Shown here piece after piece: positions 43,735 through 52,964 of a stretch of DNA of 64,000 nucleotides. The stretch comes from Rhodocyclaceae bacterium (GTDB lineage Bacteria; Pseudomonadota; Gammaproteobacteria; Burkholderiales; Rhodocyclaceae). The position numbers and the translations under genes were made by a program. Location of the stretch: positions 270 to 64,269 of the forward strand of contig DAIDAU010000514.1 in assembly GCA_027310465.1 (NCBI GenBank), read 5' to 3'. Numbering within the stretch: the first letter of the stretch is position 1; every line of letters begins with the position of its first letter. The notes under the pieces are model-generated. The model saw nothing but the letters and a program-made list of their open reading frames with translations. It did not search any database and was not told the DNA's origin.

Positions 43735-44171
43735 CCAAAGAGCTGTCCATCCTGGAGTTTGTCGCGCTGACGGCAACGCTCGGTCTCGAGGTCGAGCACG
43801 CCGCGCATGAGGCGCTCGAAGGCTGCGGCGACATGGTCGAGAAAGAGGCCAAGCGCGTCATCGGCACCTACGACTATGGCTGGCCGCAGCTCGCGGACTC
43901 CACCAAGAAGGACCGCGTCGACCATGGCTACCCGGCCAACGAGCCGCTGTTGCGCTCGGGCCATATGCGCGACAGCATCGAGCACAAGGTCGAGCATGAC
44001 GAGGTGCAGATCGGATCTAACGAGCAGGTCGCAGTCTGGCAGGAACTCGGCACGCCGACGATCCCGCCGCGCTCGTTCCTGGAAGGGGCCTTGAAGAAGA
44101 AAACGCCAGAGGTGCTCGACAAGATCGGGCGCACCGTGGTCGGCAAGCTGTCCGGGACGGAGCGGACCTAG
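43731..44171 (+). CDS. HK97 gp10-like tail or neck component
   Basis: ATGA coupling; ...GYPANEPLLRSGHMRDSIEHKV...GTPTIPPRSFL. Confidence 0.55.
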   Translation: MTKELSILEFVALTATLGLEVEHAAHEALEGCGDMVEKEAKRVIGTYDYGWPQLADSTKKDRVDHGYPANEPLLRSGHMRDSIEHKVEHDEVQIGSNEQVAVWQELGTPTIPPRSFLEGALKKKTPEVLDKIGRTVVGKLSGTERT

Positions 44172-44632
44172 CCGGCGACGGCCTTGATCAGGAACGCGAA
44201 GACCAGGGTGGCGGCCGCAATCGCCCCCATCCCGACGATGGCGAGCGGCCAGCGGATGAACCACGGCAATCGCGGCGGCGACTTGGGCGGCTGATCGGGC
44301 TGGCTCGCCAGCTTGATGATCTGCGGAACCGCCTCCGGGGCGACCTGCTGGATCGGTTCTCCCAGACGACCCGCGCACTCGATCACCGCGCCGATGGCGA
44401 TCGAGGCGGGGACCGCAAACCACTCGTTGATGACGTTCTGGCGGGCCAGGAGCGCGTGCGCGGCGAACTCGACGTTGGTGCCGACCCCGGACGTCGCGCC
44501 GATGTAGGCGAACGACAGGCGGTCTGCCGATCCGGTCTGGAGCTGGGCGATCCGCTGGATCGGATCGCGAGACGAGCCGATCTTATGCCGGCCGCTCTGG
44601 TCGGCGATCACATAGACGAACGACCCGGTCAT
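44168..44632 (-). CDS. GIY-YIG/T5orf172-like nuclease domain protein with C-terminal membrane helix
   Basis: GGGGGGA-ATG at 44632; FVYVIADQSGRHKIGSSRDPIQRIAQLQTGS...NEWF; alternative start at 44746. Confidence 0.6.
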   Translation of the reverse strand: MTGSFVYVIADQSGRHKIGSSRDPIQRIAQLQTGSADRLSFAYIGATSGVGTNVEFAAHALLARQNVINEWFAVPASIAIGAVIECAGRLGEPIQQVAPEAVPQIIKLASQPDQPPKSPPRLPWFIRWPLAIVGMGAIAAATLVFAFLIKAVAG

Positions 44633-44841
44633 TCCCCCCGTAGAACCTGCGGGTGAGGTCCTGGTGAACCTGCCGAAGTCGCTCGCTCCGAAACTGACGC
44701 CGGGCCTGATGCCGAAGAGGCGCGGGCCGGTGAAGAAAAATCTCATATAGAAGCCCTTTGTGCTATGTTCTTGGGGCCGAGTGCCGGCAGCGCGCCAACG
44801 CTACCGACACTCTAACCACCCTGCGCGTAGGAGCGCTCAGA

Positions 44842-45429
44842 ATGGCTGAAACCCAGCCTAGCAGGGTATGCACAGTTTGTCGCATATCCAAGCCTCTCTC
44901 TGATTTTACGCCCACAAAATGCTGCTGCAGGCCGTGCGCTGCAACGCAGGCGCGGCAGAGGCGTCGAGCCAGAGATCAGGCAACGGCCAAGAGAATCCGC
45001 CGAGAGCAATACTTACGACATCGGGACAAGGAACTCGCTGTTGCTGCAGGATACAGGGCGTCCGGGAGGCATCGAGATATCCAGGTCGCCTTCCGGTCGC
45101 GGCACCCGGGCTACTATAAGCAGCTCTACGCTATCAGGCAGGCCGTCGACCCCGAGCGCTATAGGGTTTACGCAAGGCGGCGCCGCGCCCTGATCCGAGG
45201 CGCCGAAGGGCGCCATACCGCTGAAGATATTCAGGCTATCCGCGAGCGCCAAAACGACCGGTGCGCCGCCTGCAAGACTGATCTTCTTGGCAAAGGCGAG
45301 GTTGATCACATCAAGGCGCTATTCCGCGGTGGTTCGAATTGGCCATCAAATCTGCAGCTGCTTTGCATCACCTGCAATCGACGCAAGGGACATCGCGATG
45401 AATTAACGTTCATGCGCGAGTATGCCTGA
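44842..45429 (+). CDS. HNH endonuclease (paralog 3 of 3)
   Basis: AGGAGCGCTCAGA-ATG; CTVC...CRPC, Arg-rich repeats, EVDHIKALFRGGSNWPSNLQLLCITCNRRKGHRDE. Confidence 0.85.
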   Translation: MAETQPSRVCTVCRISKPLSDFTPTKCCCRPCAATQARQRRRARDQATAKRIRREQYLRHRDKELAVAAGYRASGRHRDIQVAFRSRHPGYYKQLYAIRQAVDPERYRVYARRRRALIRGAEGRHTAEDIQAIRERQNDRCAACKTDLLGKGEVDHIKALFRGGSNWPSNLQLLCITCNRRKGHRDELTFMREYA

Positions 45430-45448
45430 TCTGTGAGGAAATAACGTA

Positions 45449-47281
45449 ATGGACGTGTATCGGATCGGCGTATCGATCGCGCTCGCCAACGGCGTCTCGC
45501 CGGTGCTCGCGATCATAGGTAAGGATCTGCTCGGCCTCAACACGTCGATCAAGGGCATCGAGCAGAATTTTGGCGGCTGGGCCAAGGCGCTGGTCGGCGT
45601 CGGCGCGATCCTGACCGGCACCACCATCCTCGGTGCCATGACCAAGCTGGTCGAGAAGACCAAGGACTTCCAGGACGAGCTGATCAAGCTGCAGCGCCTC
45701 GGCGGCGACATCGGGCAGGCCGCCGCGAGCGGCGCGCTGACCAGCCGCGCCTTCGACATGGCCAACCGCGTGCCGATGAAGGTCGAGGACCTCCTCAAGG
45801 TGAAGGGCTCGACCTATTCGATCATCGGCGAAGAAGAGTCGATGAAGATCTGGGAGCCGCTGGCGCGCTATGCCTGGGTGGCCGGTCGCGAGAAGAACGG
45901 CGCTCATGGCGGCGGCGGCAAGGACGATCTGCAGGCCCTGATCCGCGCCGGCGAAATGAGCGGGCGCATCTACGGCGCCGACAGCCAGATCAGCTCCGAG
46001 AAGCTGACCAAGTTTATCGACGAGGTCACCAAGGTCACGGCCGCGACCCACGGCATGGTCAACCCGCAGTCGATCCTGGCGCTGGCGCAGCAGGGCGGTC
46101 CGGCGCTGCGCGGCCTCACCGACGAAGGCTTCCTGACGCTGCTCGTGCAGTCGCAGGCGATGGGCGGCCACCGCGCCGGTACCGCCTATCTGTCGCTCTG
46201 GCAGCAGCTCGCCGGCGGCACCATGATGAAGCGCACCGCCGAAGGCATGCAGGAGATGGGTTTCCTGAAGCCGAACGAGTGGTCGAGCGAGGGCGGCCAC
46301 GTCTCGATCTCGCCGGAGGCCTCCAAGCGGCTGATGACGATGATCGGCAAGGACCCGTTGTCGTTCGCCGGGCAGATCAACGCCGAACTCGCCAAGCGCG
46401 GCATCACCGACCCCGCCGAGCAGTTCCAGGCGGTCATGCGGATGACCGGCCGGCAGACCACGCAGCGCTTCACCGCTGAAGAGGTCATCGCCTTCAACCA
46501 GATGAAGGCCGAGATCGAACGGCTGAAGCAGGGCGTCGGCGTCAGCGGCTCCATGGACCTGATGCACGACAAGAGCATCTCGGCGAACATGCAGGCGGTC
46601 TCGAACGCCTGGAACAACCTGATCATCGCCGTCGGCGGCCCGCAGGGCGAGAACTTCGTCAAGATCCTGCAGGGCATCACCTCGGCGATCCAGAGCGCGA
46701 CGAGCTTCGCCAACGCCCACCCCGACGCCATCAAGACCATGCTGGCCGCGGTCGGCGCCATCGCCGCCGCGCTGGTTGCGATCGGCGGCATCTCGCTGGT
46801 GGCGCTTGCGGGCCTGCCGGGCCTGATCACCGCGGGCGTGGCGGCCATCACCGCCATCATCGCCATCAACTGGCAGAAGATCGTCGAGGACTTCACCCAC
46901 TTCAAGGATGCGGTGACCGGCCTTGGCAGCATCGCCTGGCAGAAGATCACCTCGATGTTCGACGGCATCAAGAACGCGATCTCGTCATTCATCGACGCCG
47001 TCGCCAATATCCTCGGCAAGGTCGGCTGGATGTTCGGCTTCGGCAGTAACAAGATGCCGGGGATCGAGGAGCACCCGCTCAAGCACAAAAGCATGTTCAA
47101 CCCGTCTGTCGCGCCGACCAAGGCCTCGCCGATCGCGCTCTCGCTCGACATCGACGGACGCACGCTCGCACAGGCGATGTCCGACCAGTTCGAGTCCCTC
47201 TACGGCTATCCGACCGGGGCCCCGTCACCCGACGGCTCCGGACGCTTCTATGGCGGCGACCACAACTTCACGAGCACCTAA
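45449..47281 (+). CDS. tape measure protein
   Basis: 610 aa, Gly/Ala-rich helical and hydrophobic segments; position after the chaperone block. Confidence 0.8.
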   Translation: MDVYRIGVSIALANGVSPVLAIIGKDLLGLNTSIKGIEQNFGGWAKALVGVGAILTGTTILGAMTKLVEKTKDFQDELIKLQRLGGDIGQAAASGALTSRAFDMANRVPMKVEDLLKVKGSTYSIIGEEESMKIWEPLARYAWVAGREKNGAHGGGGKDDLQALIRAGEMSGRIYGADSQISSEKLTKFIDEVTKVTAATHGMVNPQSILALAQQGGPALRGLTDEGFLTLLVQSQAMGGHRAGTAYLSLWQQLAGGTMMKRTAEGMQEMGFLKPNEWSSEGGHVSISPEASKRLMTMIGKDPLSFAGQINAELAKRGITDPAEQFQAVMRMTGRQTTQRFTAEEVIAFNQMKAEIERLKQGVGVSGSMDLMHDKSISANMQAVSNAWNNLIIAVGGPQGENFVKILQGITSAIQSATSFANAHPDAIKTMLAAVGAIAAALVAIGGISLVALAGLPGLITAGVAAITAIIAINWQKIVEDFTHFKDAVTGLGSIAWQKITSMFDGIKNAISSFIDAVANILGKVGWMFGFGSNKMPGIEEHPLKHKSMFNPSVAPTKASPIALSLDIDGRTLAQAMSDQFESLYGYPTGAPSPDGSGRFYGGDHNFTST

Positions 47282-47284
47282 CAC

Positions 47285-47725
47285 ATGGCAGACGTTCTGA
47301 CGCTGGGCGGAGTGGTCTTCGACGACTTCTCCACCCCTCGCGAGATGATGGGCGGTGGCTCGCAGGCCATGGTCGTCCACAAGCTGCCCGGCGGCGAGCG
47401 CGTCATTGACACGCTCGGCCCGGACGAGGCGGACATCCACTGGCAGGGCCAGTTCTTCAGCGACGACGCCTATTCGACTGCGCTACTGCTCGACGCCATG
47501 CGCGCGGCGGGCCAGGTACTCCCGCTCAGCTGGGGCGGCCAGTTCCGCCTGGTGATCATCTCCAACTTCATCTATCGCGTGCGCCGGCTGCCGAACTGGG
47601 TGCTCTACGAGATCACCTGCACGGTCTACCAGAACCCGCAGCTCGGCGCGCTCGCAGGGATCTCCTCGAGCGTCGACAGCCTCATTCAAGACGACCTCGG
47701 GCTTGCCATAGGGCTGCTGTCATGA
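47285..47725 (+). CDS. tail or baseplate-associated protein (146 aa)
   Basis: Position after the tape measure; MADVLTLGGVVFDDFSTPREMMGGG... Confidence 0.5.
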   Translation: MADVLTLGGVVFDDFSTPREMMGGGSQAMVVHKLPGGERVIDTLGPDEADIHWQGQFFSDDAYSTALLLDAMRAAGQVLPLSWGGQFRLVIISNFIYRVRRLPNWVLYEITCTVYQNPQLGALAGISSSVDSLIQDDLGLAIGLLS

Positions 47726-48036
47726 GCATTCCAGCCAATATCGCCACCGAGCTGACCAACCTGCAGGCGCAGGTGATCGAGGCCGCGCCGCTCACCGCGG
47801 CGAGCAAGGCGACGCGCACGGCCATCAAACTCAACGCAGCCCAGCTCGTCGCCGACGTGCAGGCGGCGCTGATCGCGCCGAACAACCTGCTCGACACTTG
47901 GGCGGCGCCCCTGATGCCGAACGACATCGCCACCGGCATCAATTCGGTCGTCAGCGCCGCGAAGGATCAGAGCAATCTTGCCCTGATGCGCGGCGTCGTC
48001 GGCCGCGCCGCCAGCGCCCTCGACCAGCTCCCATAA
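47722..48036 (+). CDS. hypothetical tail-module protein (104 aa)
   Basis: ATGA coupling. Confidence 0.55.
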   Translation: MSIPANIATELTNLQAQVIEAAPLTAASKATRTAIKLNAAQLVADVQAALIAPNNLLDTWAAPLMPNDIATGINSVVSAAKDQSNLALMRGVVGRAASALDQLP

Positions 48037-48049
48037 GGGAATAAGGCCC

Positions 48050-48277
48050 ATGACTGCTCCCGTCGGATATATCGCCGCGACCATTCCGGCCGAGGTCGTT
48101 CGCGCCTCCGGTACGACGCTGTTTCACATCGCCATGCAGCAGTTCGGCGATCCCTTGCAGTGGACCGCGATCGCCGATCTCAACGACATGGTCGACCCGT
48201 GGGTGACGAAGCAGGCCGACATCCTGATCCCTCCGGTGCTGCCGGCGGGAACGCCGAGCGGGATTTTGGGGCTCTAA
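48050..48277 (+). CDS. LysM-like tail protein (P2 gpX-like)
   Basis: 75 aa; TLFHIAMQQFGDPLQWTAIADLNDM...ILIPP. Confidence 0.6.
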   Translation: MTAPVGYIAATIPAEVVRASGTTLFHIAMQQFGDPLQWTAIADLNDMVDPWVTKQADILIPPVLPAGTPSGILGL

Positions 48278-48287
48278 GGGCGCACAC

Positions 48288-49313
48288 ATGGCGATCGTTA
48301 CAGGGGCCGGGCCGCATCTTGCGTGGCTGACGGTGAACGGCGCGACGTTCCCGATCGAGCACGGCAGCGTCGAGCAGAACGCCAAGCGCAAGTCCTCGAC
48401 CTTCTCGGCCTCGATCCCGCTGTCCTATCCGGGCGCCTACGACACGCTCGCCACGATCGGCGACAACACCTGCACCATCGGCGTCCTGACGCGCGGCATG
48501 AGCGCCACGCTGTTCACCGGCGAGATCGACGATGTCGATTGCGACCTGATCCGTCGCATCATTCGCGTGACCGGCCGCGACAAGTCGGCCAAGCTGCACG
48601 AGAACAAGACCTCGGAGAAGTGGGTCAACAAGAAGACCACCGACGTCGTGCAGGACCTGATCGGCCGCGTCGGCCTGTCTGGCAACATCTCGGCGGCGGG
48701 CATCCTCGCCGGCAAGAAGCTCGAGCAGGACTTCGTCAAGATCTCAGACAATGTGAGCTTCGCCTACATCATCCACAAGCTCGCCGAGCTCGACGGCGCG
48801 CGCTGGTTCGTCGATGCCAACGGCAGGTTCAACTACGTGCCGTTCAACGCCAGCTCCGGCATCTATTCCATCACCATCAACCAGCACGCTCGCCAGATCT
48901 TCGCCGACTGCCTGCATTTCAACATCAAGCGCAACGTGCAGGCCGGCAAGACCGTCGTCGCGACCGTGAAGTCCTGGCACCCGAAGAAAAAGCAGGTGTT
49001 CGAGTACAAGTCGACGGTCCCCGGCAGCGGCGGTCCCGTCAACTACAACTATCACCTGCCGAACCTGATGCAGGACCACGTCACCAGCTACGCCCGCGCG
49101 CAGGCCAATCACAAGGTGATGCACGAGATGACCGTCAACACCACCGTGGTCGGCGACCCCAGCGTCGCCGCCGGCATGGGCCTGTCGGTCTCCGGCACCG
49201 ACTATTTCGACCAGGTCTACAACATCGATCACGTGCATCACTCGATCGGCATGCAGGGCCATCGCACCAGCATCGTGGCGCGCGCGCCGAAACAGGGAAG
49301 GTCGGCATCGTGA
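48288..49313 (+). CDS. baseplate hub / late-control-D-like protein
   Basis: 341 aa; position between the LysM protein and the spike; ...LAELDGARWFVDANGRFNYVPF. Confidence 0.6.
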   Translation: MAIVTGAGPHLAWLTVNGATFPIEHGSVEQNAKRKSSTFSASIPLSYPGAYDTLATIGDNTCTIGVLTRGMSATLFTGEIDDVDCDLIRRIIRVTGRDKSAKLHENKTSEKWVNKKTTDVVQDLIGRVGLSGNISAAGILAGKKLEQDFVKISDNVSFAYIIHKLAELDGARWFVDANGRFNYVPFNASSGIYSITINQHARQIFADCLHFNIKRNVQAGKTVVATVKSWHPKKKQVFEYKSTVPGSGGPVNYNYHLPNLMQDHVTSYARAQANHKVMHEMTVNTTVVGDPSVAAGMGLSVSGTDYFDQVYNIDHVHHSIGMQGHRTSIVARAPKQGRSAS

Positions 49314-50071
49314 GCGGCGGCGGCGACCTCGAAAACGTCATCCTGTCGACCATCGAGCGCTGGTGGGCTGGCCGCTATTCCGAGAAGCACGGCATCGTCA
49401 CCAGCTACGATCCGAAGAAATATCTCGCCAAGGTGACGTTCCAGCCCGAAGGGCAGGAGTCCGGCTGGCTGCCGATCGAGACCGGCCATGTCGGCGAGGG
49501 CTACGGTATCACCATCGGCCTGCAGCCGGGGCAGGGCGGCGTCAGCTCCAAGGGCGAGGGCGGCCAGGCCGGTCCGCAGCAGAACAACCAGGGCGACCAG
49601 GTCATCGTCCGCTATCAGGAAGGCGACATCGAGTCCGGCAAGATCGTCCAGCGCGTCCACTCCGATCAGGACACGCCGCCCGAGACGCATTCCGGCGAGA
49701 TGATCCTCTGGACGCGCTTCCAGAAGAGCGGCGGCAAGAAGCCGGACTCCGCCGACGGCGGCCAGGGCGGTAACGGCCAGCAGGTCAAGTTCGGCAAGGA
49801 CGGCTCGCTGTCGCTGACCGACGGCAACGGCGCCACCATCAAGCTCGACGGCAACGGCAACATCATCATCGACTGCAAGACGCTGACGATCGTCGGCTCG
49901 GCCGACGTCGGCATCAAGGCCGGCGGCACTGTCGAGGTCAAGGCCGGCGGCAAGCTCGGGCTCGACTCCGGCGTTGCCGTGGTCGTGCAGGGCAAGGGCG
50001 ACGTCTCCGACGGCTCGGTCTCACCGCCCAAGGATCAGCCTGCGATCGATCCGTTCGAGGTTCCGGCATGA
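49310..50071 (+). CDS. baseplate central spike (gpV-like)
   Basis: GTGA coupling; GIVTSYDPKKYLAKVTFQPEGQESGWLPI OB-fold-like N-terminus; Gly-rich beta-helix-like C-terminus. Confidence 0.7.
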   Translation: MSGGGDLENVILSTIERWWAGRYSEKHGIVTSYDPKKYLAKVTFQPEGQESGWLPIETGHVGEGYGITIGLQPGQGGVSSKGEGGQAGPQQNNQGDQVIVRYQEGDIESGKIVQRVHSDQDTPPETHSGEMILWTRFQKSGGKKPDSADGGQGGNGQQVKFGKDGSLSLTDGNGATIKLDGNGNIIIDCKTLTIVGSADVGIKAGGTVEVKAGGKLGLDSGVAVVVQGKGDVSDGSVSPPKDQPAIDPFEVPA

Positions 50072-50283
50072 CGACGATCGACCTCAGTTTCCGCATCGAT
50101 CAGGCGAACGCCGAGATCTACGTCAACAGCATCAGCGCGCCGCTGACGACCCCGGTCGGGCTCGCCGCCAACGTCTCCTATGTCAGCTTCGCCAAGGGCG
50201 CCGGCACGGTCATCTACAACGACCGTCCGGCCATCCCCGAGCTCTTCACCGACCCGTCGCCGTACCAGAGCTACATCAACTAG
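50068..50283 (+). CDS. hypothetical baseplate-module protein (71 aa), ends at TAG in frame with the next ORF
   Basis: ATGA coupling; see finding on TAG 50281. Confidence 0.55.
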   Translation: MTTIDLSFRIDQANAEIYVNSISAPLTTPVGLAANVSYVSFAKGAGTVIYNDRPAIPELFTDPSPYQSYIN

Positions 50284-50295
50284 TGGCTCGCGACG

Positions 50296-50928
50296 ATGTT
50301 GCAGCTCACCACCAATCCGCTGACGCTGGCGCAGGCGCAGGCGGTCAAATGCGCGCTGGTCAACGCGATCTATTTCGTCAAGCGGACGGCGCCGGTCACG
50401 GTCGCCGTCGGCGGCACCTCGTACCAGTGGGACGCTGCCGACGCTGCGGTCGGCCGCATGTCGACCGCGGCGAGCCTTGCCTACATCAGCGATCTCAACA
50501 GCGTGCTGAGCAGTATCGACAGCCAGATGGCGAGCCTGATCACCGCGCTCAACACCAACGTCGACGACCACAACAACCTGATCGCCAACCTGCAGAGCGA
50601 CCTCAACAGCTGGGTTTCCTCGCTCAACACCAATGAGAGCCCGATCCCTGGCTGGGTCACGATGGGCAACATGACGGTGCCGGCGAACAACATGGCCCAC
50701 GTCTCGTGGTCCAACCCATCGGCCATCACGGTCCCGACGATCCAGCTTCTGCCCTACGGAGGAACTGCGCTGGTCACGCTGCAGCCGAGCGACGTCAAGG
50801 CGATCATGCAGGCGATCGGCAACCAGTATGCGGCCAAGTCTCTCGTCAACGAGCAGAAGCAGGCCGCGATCAACGCACTGACGACGGCGCACGACGTCAT
50901 CAACTATGACGCAACCACGGGCTGGTGA
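50296..50928 (+). CDS. hypothetical baseplate-module protein (210 aa)
   Basis: No recognisable RBS in the 12 nt after TAG 50281; may be the continuation of 50068. Confidence 0.6.
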   Translation: MLQLTTNPLTLAQAQAVKCALVNAIYFVKRTAPVTVAVGGTSYQWDAADAAVGRMSTAASLAYISDLNSVLSSIDSQMASLITALNTNVDDHNNLIANLQSDLNSWVSSLNTNESPIPGWVTMGNMTVPANNMAHVSWSNPSAITVPTIQLLPYGGTALVTLQPSDVKAIMQAIGNQYAAKSLVNEQKQAAINALTTAHDVINYDATTGW

Positions 50929-51296
50929 TGACCGATCTCTCTCTCGAATGGCATGACGACTTCGCGGTCGATGCGACCGGGGACCTGCTGCTCGTCGACG
51001 GCGACGACGAAGTGAGGCAGCGGCTGGAGCGCCGCCTGTTCACCGAGGTGCAAGGCTACGTCTGGCACCCCGAATACGGCGCAGGCCTGCCGCAGAAGAT
51101 CGGCAGCGTGCTGTCACGCAGCCAGATCCAGTCCGTCGTCTCGGCGCAGCTCGCGCTCGAGGCCTCCGTCGCGCCGAACCCGCCGGCGCAGCTCACTATC
51201 GACCAGAACGCGAACGACCCATCGCTCGTGACCATAGGCATCCAGTATTGGGACGCCAAGACCGGACAGAGCGTCTCCTTCTCGATCACTGCGTAA
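50925..51296 (+). CDS. baseplate wedge protein (gpW/gp25-like)
   Basis: 123 aa, ATGA coupling, directly upstream of the J-like gene. Confidence 0.6.
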   Translation: MMTDLSLEWHDDFAVDATGDLLLVDGDDEVRQRLERRLFTEVQGYVWHPEYGAGLPQKIGSVLSRSQIQSVVSAQLALEASVAPNPPAQLTIDQNANDPSLVTIGIQYWDAKTGQSVSFSITA

Positions 51297-51310
51297 CCCG
51301 CGAGGCGTGA

Positions 51311-52519
51311 ATGCCGACTCTCCCGACCCAGTCGTTCCGGACGCTGGTCACAAACATCGTGGCCGGCATCCAGGGGCGCTCTTCCAAACTGACCAACTTC
51401 GCGATCGGCTCGACCTTGCGGGCGATCTCGGAGGGCTTTGCCGGCCTGTTCCTCTGGTTTCAGGCGCTGGTGCTGCAGGTCATGCAGGCAGCCCGCCTGT
51501 CGACCGCAAGCGGCGCCGACGTCGACACCTTCACGGCCGACTTCATGCCGATCGTGCCGGGCAGCAAGACGGCGGATCTGCCGCAGGGCTCGCCGCGCCT
51601 TGGCGCGCAGGCCGCAAGCGGCCAGGTCACGTTCTCGCGCTTCACGGCAGCGCCTTCGACCTGTTTCATCCCGGTCGGCGCCACGGTGCAGACCAATGAC
51701 GGATCACAGACCTTCGCGGTCACCGTCGATCCGACCAATCCGAACTACAACGGCGTCCTCAACGGCTATACGCTGGCCTCCTCTGTCGCATCGATCATCG
51801 TGCCGGTGCAGGCGGTCAAGGCGGGTCTTGCCGGCAACGTGCTCGCCAACACCATTACGGTCATCACGAGCCCGATCACCGGCATCGACAGCGTGACCAA
51901 CGTCGCCGCCTTCACCAATGGCGCCGATCAGGAGAGCGACAGCGCGCTGAAGCGGCGGTTCGCCGCCTACATCCTCGGCCTCTCGCGCGGCGACCATTAC
52001 GGCCTCAATGCCGCGATCCTCGGCACCGACGTCACGGTGCAGTGGACCCTGACCGAGGGCTTCAACTACGACGGCAGCTATCATCCGGGGTACTTCTTCG
52101 TCGTCGCCGACGATGGCTCGGGAACTCCGAGCCCGGACTTCCTCGCAACCGTCGCAACGGCCGCCAATAACGTGCGCCCGCTCGGCGTGCAGTGCGCCGT
52201 GTTCCCGCCCGTCGTCTTCATCGCCAACGTCTCGATGGTGCTGACCACGGCCGCCGGATACGACCACACCACCGTGGTGGCGCAGGTGGCAGCGGCCGTC
52301 GCCCAGAACATCAACGCGCTCGGGCTCGGCAATCCGTTGCCGTGGTCGCAGCTCTCAGCATGGGCCTACGCCATCCCCGGCGTCACCATGGTGCAGAACG
52401 TGCTGCTCAACGGCGCCGGCGGCGATGCCGCCTCCATCATCACCTACAAGCTCTCGCAGGATCGGACCGCGCAGATTGCCTACGCGACGGTCAAGGCCGG
52501 CACGATGATCATCTCGTAA
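51311..52519 (+). CDS. baseplate J-like protein
   Basis: 402 aa, position and size; MPTLPTQSFRTLVTNIVAGIQGRSSKLTNFAIGSTLRAISE... Confidence 0.7.
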   Translation: MPTLPTQSFRTLVTNIVAGIQGRSSKLTNFAIGSTLRAISEGFAGLFLWFQALVLQVMQAARLSTASGADVDTFTADFMPIVPGSKTADLPQGSPRLGAQAASGQVTFSRFTAAPSTCFIPVGATVQTNDGSQTFAVTVDPTNPNYNGVLNGYTLASSVASIIVPVQAVKAGLAGNVLANTITVITSPITGIDSVTNVAAFTNGADQESDSALKRRFAAYILGLSRGDHYGLNAAILGTDVTVQWTLTEGFNYDGSYHPGYFFVVADDGSGTPSPDFLATVATAANNVRPLGVQCAVFPPVVFIANVSMVLTTAAGYDHTTVVAQVAAAVAQNINALGLGNPLPWSQLSAWAYAIPGVTMVQNVLLNGAGGDAASIITYKLSQDRTAQIAYATVKAGTMIIS

Positions 52520-52531
52520 GGACAGCACCCC

Positions 52532-52951
52532 ATGGCCAACTTCAACAAGTTCAATCCGTTCATCGGCGACCTCGCGACCAAGGTCCACAACCTCAACGCC
52601 GACTCGCTCAAGGTCATGCTGACGAACGTGGCGCCGGCAGCGGCCAACCACCTCAAGGCCGATATCACCGAGATCGTAGCCGGCAACGGCTACGTCGCCG
52701 GCGGCAGCGTGGCCGCCTTCGTCTCCGGCAATGACACCAATGGCCAGTACAAGCTGATCCTGTCGCCGGTGACGTTCACCGCAGCCGGCGGCTCCATCGC
52801 CTCGTTCCAGTATGCCGTGCTCTACAACGCGACCGCCGCCGGAGGCAATCTGATCGGGTGGTGGGACTACGGCTCTCCGCTCACGGTCACCAACGGCAAT
52901 AGCTTCACGGTCGGCCTCGACCAGACTAACGGCGTCCTGACGCTCCAGTAA
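52532..52951 (+). CDS. hypothetical tail protein (139 aa)
   Basis: Position between the J-like and fibre genes. Confidence 0.55.
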   Translation: MANFNKFNPFIGDLATKVHNLNADSLKVMLTNVAPAAANHLKADITEIVAGNGYVAGGSVAAFVSGNDTNGQYKLILSPVTFTAAGGSIASFQYAVLYNATAAGGNLIGWWDYGSPLTVTNGNSFTVGLDQTNGVLTLQ

Positions 52952-52964
52952 GGCGTATCCCCAC

